In this document: positions 9,701-17,160 of the stretch, in pieces
Layout: every line of letters begins with the position of its first letter
Position numbering within the stretch: position 1 is the stretch's first letter
IMG/VR virus record: IMGVR_UViG_3300030372_001081
Span: 1 to 40,245 of that record
Strand: one strand, 5' to 3'
Length of the DNA: 40,245 bases
Origin: a virus
Lineage: Duplodnaviria; Caudoviricetes
Position numbers and translations under genes: made by a program
The notes under the pieces: generated by a model
What the model saw: only the letters and a program-made list of their open reading frames with translations
The model's database searches: none
What the model was told of the DNA's origin: nothing

Positions 9701-12700
9701 GTTAAGTATTGGAATGTCAGCAGGTAATGGGCCATTTATTTCAACATTTCCTGGTGTTGAATCAGTAGTAAAGTAAACACCTTCACCAGCTATTCCATTT
9801 GTTGTAGTAAAGCCATCTTTTAAAATTGAATCGCTAACTAAATCACTTTCGACATTTTGTCTAAAGATAGTGGAAGGAGGAATTGTTTCATTTACTGAAT
9901 CTGTAAAAGATATTTGACCAAGTTTTAGTCTTTGAGAAGCATTTCTTGTAGCAAAGCTCCAGCCTGTACTTAAGACAACATGATCTTCAAAAGAAGCAAT
10001 CATCTTTTTACCTGCATTTAATTTATCAGTTGCGTTCTTAGCACTTCTAAACTCAATAGAGTTTTCACTTAAAGTTCTTAAATTTATGTCGTGGTGAGCG
10101 AGCAAAGCAGCCATTGAAATCAAATCATTTTGTGATTGAAGATCTCCTTTTGCTGCTTGTTCAAATCTTTGTAATGTAAGTTTTGGATCTAAACCATCAG
10201 CTTTAAGTTGAGCTTTTGCTTTTTCCAATAAGGGAGCGATCTTGTAACTTTTTAACCCTGTTAATGTTTCTCTATCTCCTAGCATCTCCGTCAACAATTC
10301 ACCAAAGGAAGCATTGGCATAAATAAGTTGGTCAGAAGTTCTAGCTATGTAAGTCGTTTTTCCAGTTCGACTTACTAATGGTCTTGTCATAGATTCCATT
10401 GCTTTGTCTATCGGCATATCTCCTTTATCGACAGCATCTTTAAATGCGTCTTGACGTTTAATTAAATCTTCTGGATCTAGTTCAAAAGAAATACCTGTGT
10501 TAGCTCTCTTTGTTTTTAAAGCACGCTGTCTAATATTTCCTGAACCAGAATCTGCAAGTAAATCTTCTAATGTGTTGTATCCATATCCTCTAAGTGCGTT
10601 ACTAACTTTAGTTAATATCTGTTGTATTTTTCTAAAAGGTTCTGCCCATGTTGCTTTTTCGTATTTAGCACCTAATTCTCTCCAAGCTGCAAAAGCAAAA
10701 GCTTGTAATTCTCTGTCTGTCTTTTCATCAAATCCAAACTTATTAATTTGACTTGCCCTTTCAGGTAAACCTTCGAGAGCTATCTGTTTTAATTTCTTAC
10801 GATTAGCTGCTAATAGTTTTTTCTGAGTAGGAGTATAGAAATAATCCTGCAAAGCGTGCATATTTTCATGCCATACAGTGTCAAGAATCCCTGCTCTATT
10901 TCTAAGTATTCCGTTATCTGTTAGAGAAATATATATTAATTGTTTTGTCGAGTGCCACTGTCCTGTTGGACGAGTAGTTCTGCCTTCTAAACTTGGATCT
11001 CCATACTCTAAAGCCTGTTTGCGACCTAATTTTGCTCGTATCGATGCTCTTGGCTTTACCTCCATTCCAGAAATTCTTGCTGTCTCAGCATCTGCTTCTT
11101 TGACTATTGCTTCTATTTGTCCTAAAAGTTCAGGATGTTTTTCGCTTAACCTTTCTATCTTCCGAAGTATCGCTTCATACTCATCTATCGGGCCATCATC
11201 TCCTAATGGGAATAGATTAACTTCAGAGCTTACGTCTTCATTTTGTGCAAGTCTTTTTAAATAATTTGCTCTTTCATTAATCTCTTGTTCGCTTAAACCT
11301 TTACCTTCTTGTGCCTTTCTAAATTTTGTTTCATCAAAGGTAGATAATAGTTTTTTTGTTTTAGTAACTAATTCTTTTTTCGACAAGTTTTCTAGTGGAG
11401 TTAAAGTAACTTGTTCGGAAGGTTCCCAATAAATTCTTACTTGATGTAATCTTTTACTTTTACCAGCAAGTTTGCCTCCTTTATGAGTAAAGCCACCATA
11501 ACCTTGCGTCATTAAATAATCTTTTAATGTATCAATTCCGTCTTGGAAATCATCTCTCGTTACATCAAACGATTTACTATATTCACGCATTGTATCTATT
11601 AGTTTAGCTAAAGATACGTTTTGATAATCTGCACCAACTTTATCTACGTTATCTAAAACGTAATCCATAAAGTCATCAGCATATTCAAAGGAATCAACTA
11701 ATACATTTACTATCTCTTCACTCGTTGGTTTGTCTAAATCAAAAAACTTTACAGGTGCTTTTTCATTAAGTTGATATACAGTTTTTTCTGCATCTTTGCC
11801 AGCAGACTTTCTATTTTTCTTTTGATATTTACTAGCAGTTGTTAAATCTTCAGTTGAGTAAAGACCTTGCCCGTATATTCCTGTATTAGTTGAATATTGA
11901 CCGTCAAGAGATAGTTCGAATTTATCAGCAGCACCGTGATAGTAAACACCTTTTCCTCTAGTATCTGTTTGTTTTGTTGGAAGTTTAGGTTCTTTTGTTC
12001 GTGAAGGTTGAAGAAGTTCAGTAGTAGATTTCTCTGCTTTTACTTCTGCTTTTACTCTTCTTATTGTTGCTTGTTGTTGTTGTATATCTAATTCTTCTTG
12101 TGTTTCTTTTGGTGTGATAACTTCTGTTTTCTTTGGAGGAGTACCACCAGTAACTTTTTTTGTTGTATTAGTTGTTGGCCCTTGTTGTGCTAACTCAATA
12201 GCTTTTTGTTCTTGAAGAGTTGCAGCATCTAAATCAAGTATGTCAATTAAAGCATTAGATAATCTTCTAACACCTTCGTCTTCTACTTGACTAGCAATCT
12301 GTGGAGCTTTTTTTATAAACTTACTAACATCTGTTCTCATCCCCTTAGTTGCTGCTAATGGCACACCAATAGTCGGGCCAAGAATAGCTCCCATGATTGC
12401 TCCAATAGAAGCATTTTTCTCTCTCCTTTCTGCATTTGTATCTGTCGTATCTATTGCTAATGGTTCTAAATATCTACTTCCAATCCATTTATTATCAATA
12501 AAGAAGTTAGCTAAATTAGCTTTATCTGCTTCTAATGAATAATCAGCAACATAACCTGGGCCAATATATTCTGTAGCTTCTTTTATTATTCTTGGAAATA
12601 AACCTTTAACACTAAGGAACTTTGAATTTTTGGTTATATCCATTAGCCCCCTGTTGGGTGCAGCTATGATTGGAAATTCTTTTAACAATCTTCTTTCTGC

Positions 12701-13681
12701 TAAAACAAGAGGAAGTGTTACAGCCGCATAACCAGCGACTACAGATAAAGCACCTTCACCATGTTTCAGATCTGTTCTTTCTTCTAAAGTTCCTGATTCA
12801 CTTACCCATGACTCACCCAACTTATTGAAAGGCCAGCCCAAAGGTCTGTTCTCTGCCATTCCAAGATCACCAGTTGGGCCAATCTTGTCTTCATCAGCAC
12901 TAATTAAATTATGGTTTTCAATAGCTTGTTTTATTAAATTAACTTTTGTTATTGCAGGATGTTCGACAATGATATTTTCAGGATTAGCTTTAAGTTTTTC
13001 TAATTGAGCTTTGTTTAGTCTTGGTGCATAGTCTGCATAAAGACTTGCTTTTAAATAAGCAAGTGGGCCTTCAGGTTTTAATAAACTTTCTTTATCAGTT
13101 TTATATGATGGTGCTAAATAGCCAGTTTTTAAAGAATAGACCTTTCCTGTTGATGCTTCTTTAATCCATTGAGAATCGTTTTCGACTGAAAAATAATCGT
13201 GACCTTGATCTGGTGTTATATCTAAAGGATGACTTTCAGATTTCTTTCCATAGAAATAGTTGTTAATCCTATTGTTTGGATCAAGTCGTCTATTCATACC
13301 CATATCACCAGCACCTTTCGTTCCTATCCCAAGAAAGTCGGTATAAACTTCCTGTCCAATTATTCGAGTAAAGTTATGGGCAAAGTTATCAAAAGAGAAT
13401 GTAGGGTTCTTTGTTCCTCCAGGTGTTAGCACACCCATATCATCTGCCTTGTTTCGTGAAATAATTTTATTTACATTGCTTTCTGTCGCTAAATTTTCTT
13501 CAATCTGTGTCTTGTCAATCTCGTTAACTTTTTCTTGGTCGGCAATAATTACTTCATCCTTATCATTATCACTTGGTTCAATGCCTTCATTGATCTCAGT
13601 GATGTCTTCTTTAGGTTTAGGAGCTACCCATGATTTTGTTTCTGTGCCTGTCTCTTCATCTTTGATTAGCGTAAAAGGCAT
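6749..13681 (-). CDS. Large internal virion (ejection) protein at the gp16 position, polyvalent: two ART-like domains and an HExxH zincin peptidase
   Basis: Lies between the gp15-like gene and the fibre; 2310 aa; motifs YYHG..GQGLYST, WHENMHALQ, GEGVYFT..GYKGIRY..QVVIFDP. Confidence 0.85.
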   Translation of the reverse strand: MPFTLIKDEETGTETKSWVAPKPKEDITEINEGIEPSDNDKDEVIIADQEKVNEIDKTQIEENLATESNVNKIISRNKADDMGVLTPGGTKNPTFSFDNFAHNFTRIIGQEVYTDFLGIGTKGAGDMGMNRRLDPNNRINNYFYGKKSESHPLDITPDQGHDYFSVENDSQWIKEASTGKVYSLKTGYLAPSYKTDKESLLKPEGPLAYLKASLYADYAPRLNKAQLEKLKANPENIIVEHPAITKVNLIKQAIENHNLISADEDKIGPTGDLGMAENRPLGWPFNKLGESWVSESGTLEERTDLKHGEGALSVVAGYAAVTLPLVLAERRLLKEFPIIAAPNRGLMDITKNSKFLSVKGLFPRIIKEATEYIGPGYVADYSLEADKANLANFFIDNKWIGSRYLEPLAIDTTDTNAERREKNASIGAIMGAILGPTIGVPLAATKGMRTDVSKFIKKAPQIASQVEDEGVRRLSNALIDILDLDAATLQEQKAIELAQQGPTTNTTKKVTGGTPPKKTEVITPKETQEELDIQQQQATIRRVKAEVKAEKSTTELLQPSRTKEPKLPTKQTDTRGKGVYYHGAADKFELSLDGQYSTNTGIYGQGLYSTEDLTTASKYQKKNRKSAGKDAEKTVYQLNEKAPVKFFDLDKPTSEEIVNVLVDSFEYADDFMDYVLDNVDKVGADYQNVSLAKLIDTMREYSKSFDVTRDDFQDGIDTLKDYLMTQGYGGFTHKGGKLAGKSKRLHQVRIYWEPSEQVTLTPLENLSKKELVTKTKKLLSTFDETKFRKAQEGKGLSEQEINERANYLKRLAQNEDVSSEVNLFPLGDDGPIDEYEAILRKIERLSEKHPELLGQIEAIVKEADAETARISGMEVKPRASIRAKLGRKQALEYGDPSLEGRTTRPTGQWHSTKQLIYISLTDNGILRNRAGILDTVWHENMHALQDYFYTPTQKKLLAANRKKLKQIALEGLPERASQINKFGFDEKTDRELQAFAFAAWRELGAKYEKATWAEPFRKIQQILTKVSNALRGYGYNTLEDLLADSGSGNIRQRALKTKRANTGISFELDPEDLIKRQDAFKDAVDKGDMPIDKAMESMTRPLVSRTGKTTYIARTSDQLIYANASFGELLTEMLGDRETLTGLKSYKIAPLLEKAKAQLKADGLDPKLTLQRFEQAAKGDLQSQNDLISMAALLAHHDINLRTLSENSIEFRSAKNATDKLNAGKKMIASFEDHVVLSTGWSFATRNASQRLKLGQISFTDSVNETIPPSTIFRQNVESDLVSDSILKDGFTTTNGIAGEGVYFTTDSTPGNVEINGPLPADIPILNLAGSNKSITDLLIELKLGKPKKAKDGVTLTPKQQEAIKNYAENKGYKGIRYATDFTSKPQSGDQVVIFDPNDANRIVRSAASIPPEKVDTEPVSSLIEQAIRNTTKVIENKLPKGAREALKEGRMTPELLRILDAMSAVAYELNDPQSLTRSPIGDIVELINDVPKGKLTEETWYDIWRNWLFLSASTMMKVFGGTEFRAAVLPVTQWMGEARLQRNLLNKFDDIGGNMNDFQMSMSKVRQRLYLSQYSKYFQQLPYAIRMAYSAIKHNEVFVNLGRGEFDEFRKNYSDNTNQLELDFNPQTITEDPVTLTGKEWWLDPSSNPLSLMWRHGISEPLRTGAGRLLAGIDSFHSGMVGPTSEFTRLMEMNIAEIAMRDNLNPETHFQEIYESAFEKTNLQLKKLFAHIRLKDGTMIEKGRLKGQHAKNVMDWIQFTDDISVKNEARTFEYGVRAAKEEGLTDKREIFERALTWIKEGEQFERYSKGDKATFGGSMEAMINMPGELWQKLLNNSPGHVAYLLQATNRTPVNMTKSALRVIPGANNYVDSYWRDIHSQDYGTRAKALGEISLAQNFLGMAAALSVFGVVEISGPLPVDQKKRNEWKETGKQPESIRFKLPWNGEYTRWFPTDTFEQLRIVLTAAGAYTDVLEDCNQKESDAWFGYCALTSVAPAISKTGLNIFQRDVTGGFRKIGTLVEWFNSEITDELKGDQNKLEKFILQFLTGTGGAGGPAIVKAARYSIDPYERDYDTGSNILATSYNMWKRNIPYLSKTAPPILNSYTGNPIPAARVPGSMLIDEESSFIKAIHDQMTPLAAFRGRHQSTDPIDEERLRMGSNRLLFGRRSSGLPNRTLNRTELNRLIEIATKEIKLPYPPGSKTKPDANGLTLPQALRKMITESVRYKSLPYENKKGFKSDRDKAWDDLEQRYKQLAMEYFIEEMDDGTPESLGYQLKLFKQQKEIKEKTRFSDYDMSINSLEDWKQLAQA

Positions 13682-13696
13682 GGCCCTGTTCTTTTT

Positions 13697-15937
13697 TTAG
13701 AGTTTAAGCTGATTTAACTTTTTTAGCTCCTCTTTGGCTTCATCGTTTAAATCAATACCTAACTTACCAAATTGTTGTATGAAATAGTCTCCTGGGCTAA
13801 TACCAATAGCCTTAAACACTTTGATTAATCGTGGATCAACAAACCCTTCACTAATAGCTTTATCTGCTAAATCACTGATAACACTAGGCTCAAACATTGG
13901 TTGTGTTCCAAGCACATGGTTTTGTAACTCTCTAAAATCATTAGGCATTAAGCCACCAGGGAGCCATTCGTACTCAGTGTCTAACAATTCAAGAGCAACA
14001 GTTTCAGTTCCGCTATGGATAACTCCTTTTTGAGGATTCCATATTTGCTCTGAAGGGTATATTAATCCTAATGATTGTTTATTTAGTTCTTGTATTATAC
14101 GAGTGGATATATTCTCAGGAGTTCCATTTTCATACTCTTCTCTAATAATTTTTAACCCTAATTTATTTGCTTTAATTCTTGCCTCTGTAGCTATTTGTTC
14201 TTCCCTATTTGTAGTTCTTCCATCGTAACTATCTATAGCTTTAGACGCATCCATAAACTCGTCTGTTAAAGATTTAATATGATTTTTTAAACCATCTCTA
14301 TCTATTTTTGTTGCTGTCTTAGCTGCTGTACCAAATTCTTTTCTTGCAGTTCTAGCCCAATCTAAAAAGCCTGGTATATCTCCATAGGTTTCAACAGCTT
14401 TATCTATATCTTTAAGAGCTTTATATGCAATCGTTGGATCATTTATTGCTGATGATAGCAATTTATCTATATTATTTTTCGTGTTAAAGATTGATGCTTC
14501 ATCTCTTTCCGTTAAGGCATTAAAAGTATCATAACCATTTGCAACGACATCCTTAATTACTGTTGGATCAACCCCTCTCCTCTCTGCTTTTTCTGCCCAT
14601 GTATTAAGTTTTTTTTGTAGTTCTGTTCTAGCTGCTGTTACTCCACCTGGGCCTGTTATTAAAGGTTTTATGTCGTTCATTACAATACTTTCAACTTCTT
14701 CATTGCCATCAAACTTATCAAAATTATCTTCTTTTACATCTACTTGTCTTATTGCATCTTTTGTCTCTGCTAATAAAGAATCAAGTCCTTCATCTAAAGA
14801 GTTAACCCATCTCAACTTTTCATTTGCTTTATAGCCTGAGATAGTAACACCATCTTTTACTTGAAGAGTAGAAGAGTATCTATCTTTTGAAGGCCCAATC
14901 ATTAGTTCATTTAGAACTTCTTCTAATAAAGATGCGTCTTGTAATTTATTATTTTTAATAAATTCTCTAGCAAAGATTTGAGGTAATCTTGTATTTGCTT
15001 CTTTAATTTGAGCAGCAGTCATAAAAGGTAAAAGATCTCTTCTCTTATCTAAAACTTCTTGAAGTGCAAAAGAAACATCAAAGACAGAATTTGATCCATG
15101 TGTAGCTAAAAGTCTAGCCTGAGTTATTGCAGTATCAGATTCTAAAATATCCATTTGTTCGACTTGGTATGACTGATTTGCTTTATTTTGTCTAGCAATA
15201 TCTTGTTGTATTCCATTCTGAATTATGGGGTTAATTGCTTTATGATCTCTACTGTTTAAATTTGTTGCTCCTTGATAAATATTACTTCTTAACCATTGCT
15301 GATACAAAGGATCACCAGCAGGAATAGAAGCTAATGGTACTTCTTCTCCAGCTTCATTTGTTACAGTTGCTGTTAATGCGTTATTGCCTAAATTATAAAC
15401 ATTACTTAAGACAGATTGCTGTCTCTTCTTGGCTTCTATATGTTTTTGAACTCTCCAGTTACTTGTTATTTGTTGAACAGCTTTGTTCGCACCTTCCCTG
15501 ATTTGTATATCTTGCTTCTTATCATTTGTGATTTTAGATAAAGAAGAAGAAATAGATTGTGGAGTAGGAGCACCTTTCGCAATTTCTAATTCTGCTTGCA
15601 AAGCAGCTTCTTCTTCTCTGCGTCCTTGGTCTGCAAAGAAACCAGCAGCAGCATTTTGTAAATTAGAATTTAACTGTCCTAATTGTTGAGTAAGATTTTT
15701 TAGATCTGTAATCTCTGCTGGTTCAGGAAGTCTTGCGAGTTCACCTAACTGAACAGCCCCAGGTGCATTAGGTCTACCTGCTTGGATATAGGAAGAGACA
15801 GGTGCAGCTTGAGGATTAAGACTAGGTGTGTTTATAGCTAATCCTTCTGCAAGGGTTCCACCAACAGCACCAGTAGATTCATTGCTGTAAGCTTTCTTCT
15901 GAGATTGAAGACCTTTTTGTGTGAATTTAGTTGCCAT
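13697..15937 (-). CDS. Internal virion protein, gp15-like
   Basis: 746-aa helical protein at the gp15 position. Confidence 0.75.
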   Translation of the reverse strand: MATKFTQKGLQSQKKAYSNESTGAVGGTLAEGLAINTPSLNPQAAPVSSYIQAGRPNAPGAVQLGELARLPEPAEITDLKNLTQQLGQLNSNLQNAAAGFFADQGRREEEAALQAELEIAKGAPTPQSISSSLSKITNDKKQDIQIREGANKAVQQITSNWRVQKHIEAKKRQQSVLSNVYNLGNNALTATVTNEAGEEVPLASIPAGDPLYQQWLRSNIYQGATNLNSRDHKAINPIIQNGIQQDIARQNKANQSYQVEQMDILESDTAITQARLLATHGSNSVFDVSFALQEVLDKRRDLLPFMTAAQIKEANTRLPQIFAREFIKNNKLQDASLLEEVLNELMIGPSKDRYSSTLQVKDGVTISGYKANEKLRWVNSLDEGLDSLLAETKDAIRQVDVKEDNFDKFDGNEEVESIVMNDIKPLITGPGGVTAARTELQKKLNTWAEKAERRGVDPTVIKDVVANGYDTFNALTERDEASIFNTKNNIDKLLSSAINDPTIAYKALKDIDKAVETYGDIPGFLDWARTARKEFGTAAKTATKIDRDGLKNHIKSLTDEFMDASKAIDSYDGRTTNREEQIATEARIKANKLGLKIIREEYENGTPENISTRIIQELNKQSLGLIYPSEQIWNPQKGVIHSGTETVALELLDTEYEWLPGGLMPNDFRELQNHVLGTQPMFEPSVISDLADKAISEGFVDPRLIKVFKAIGISPGDYFIQQFGKLGIDLNDEAKEELKKLNQLKL

Positions 15938-15940
15938 GAT

Positions 15941-16639
15941 TTAAGCCCAAGGATTCCATTGACCGACATTTCCACCACCTGCCTTAATACCAGAAGAAGC
16001 AGTGAAGCCAGCTTGTGCTCCACTTAATCCAGCATTTAATACTCCTAACATTCCTGGCCCTTTCACCTTGCTTCGTTTTATAGGTTTCATAGGATCTAAT
16101 ATCGTTCGCTCTAAGTATGGTTGTTGACTTGCAATTCGACTAGCCCTTTGTACTCCAGCACCACGTTTTTGTTCTTGAGATTGTTTGCCGACAAAAGCTA
16201 AGTTCTTATCTGTTGCATAATCAAATGCTGCTTGTTGTCGTTGAACATCAGCAATAAGGTTTTGAATACTATTTCCTACTCGACCAGCAGCAACTATTTC
16301 TCCTTTAGCTTGCAATGCAGCAAGTGAAGTTTTTCTTTTCTCTGCTCCTGCTGCTGCGTTCTCTTGCATCATCCTTAAGTTCAATGCAGCAATATCACTT
16401 GAGTATGCTTCATTAGCAAGGAAGAAGTTCTGAGCTATAACATCATCTTGTAATTGCTTTTGTTGTGCTTCATTAGTTCTTGAAGACTGTGCTTGCAATG
16501 TATTGTATTCATATTCCTGCTGTGCTATTTGATTCTCAAATTCTATCTGTGCGTTCTGTGCTCTAGTCGCAGCGTGCTGCTGCATTATTGAAAGTCCTGC
16601 TGACAGGACTCCCATTACTATCGGAATAGGGCCGCACAT
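15941..16639 (-). CDS. Internal virion protein, gp14-like
   Basis: MCGPIPIVMG hydrophobic N-terminus, Ala/Gln-rich helix, Gly-rich C-terminus; synteny. Confidence 0.8.
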   Translation of the reverse strand: MCGPIPIVMGVLSAGLSIMQQHAATRAQNAQIEFENQIAQQEYEYNTLQAQSSRTNEAQQKQLQDDVIAQNFFLANEAYSSDIAALNLRMMQENAAAGAEKRKTSLAALQAKGEIVAAGRVGNSIQNLIADVQRQQAAFDYATDKNLAFVGKQSQEQKRGAGVQRASRIASQQPYLERTILDPMKPIKRSKVKGPGMLGVLNAGLSGAQAGFTASSGIKAGGGNVGQWNPWA

Positions 16640-16641
16640 AA

Positions 16642-17160
16642 TTAGATCCTCACGAACTCATAGAACAGACGACTCTCTGGCCCATATTCTGAGTGCTTTT
16701 TAATGAATGTAAATCCCATCCATTGAAGCCATCTGACATGAACTTTGTTTCTAGCATCTACTACGTTAAATAATACAGGATACTCTTTGAGAATCTTGCG
16801 TAGTTCTATTTTAGATTGTCGAAGAAATGTACGCTTGTCTTTTGTATCATCCAACATTGACTGACAGCCCAACATCCATATACGACCAGACGTTGCTGAC
16901 TCAGGTACAACACCCCACATACCCATACGATGTCCATGTCTGCTAATCATGGTCATACAAGGTCTACTTTTAAAGAAGCAGTAGAACAAACTAGCTATAG
17001 GATCTAAACCTGATTGTGCCTTAATCTCAGCTATATCCTCATCTCTCATTGTCTCAGCAATTATTTTAATATCTTCTAAACATGAAAGTCGTTGATAAGC
17101 TATTGCCTTTTTGCTCTTGTGTGGTAGAACCCTTCCCACTCTGCTGATTGGAATCGACAA
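16642..17160 (-). CDS. gp13-like protein (GNAT-like fold); start uncertain
   Basis: LFNVVDARNKVHVRWLQWMGF motif; follows tail tube B. Confidence 0.82.
   Translation of the reverse strand: MSIPISRVGRVLPHKSKKAIAYQRLSCLEDIKIIAETMRDEDIAEIKAQSGLDPIASLFYCFFKSRPCMTMISRHGHRMGMWGVVPESATSGRIWMLGCQSMLDDTKDKRTFLRQSKIELRKILKEYPVLFNVVDARNKVHVRWLQWMGFTFIKKHSEYGPESRLFYEFVRI

Noticed and set aside
10497-13700. Plus-strand ORFs within the 2310-aa gene
   Set aside because: Antisense shadows with no motifs or expression signals
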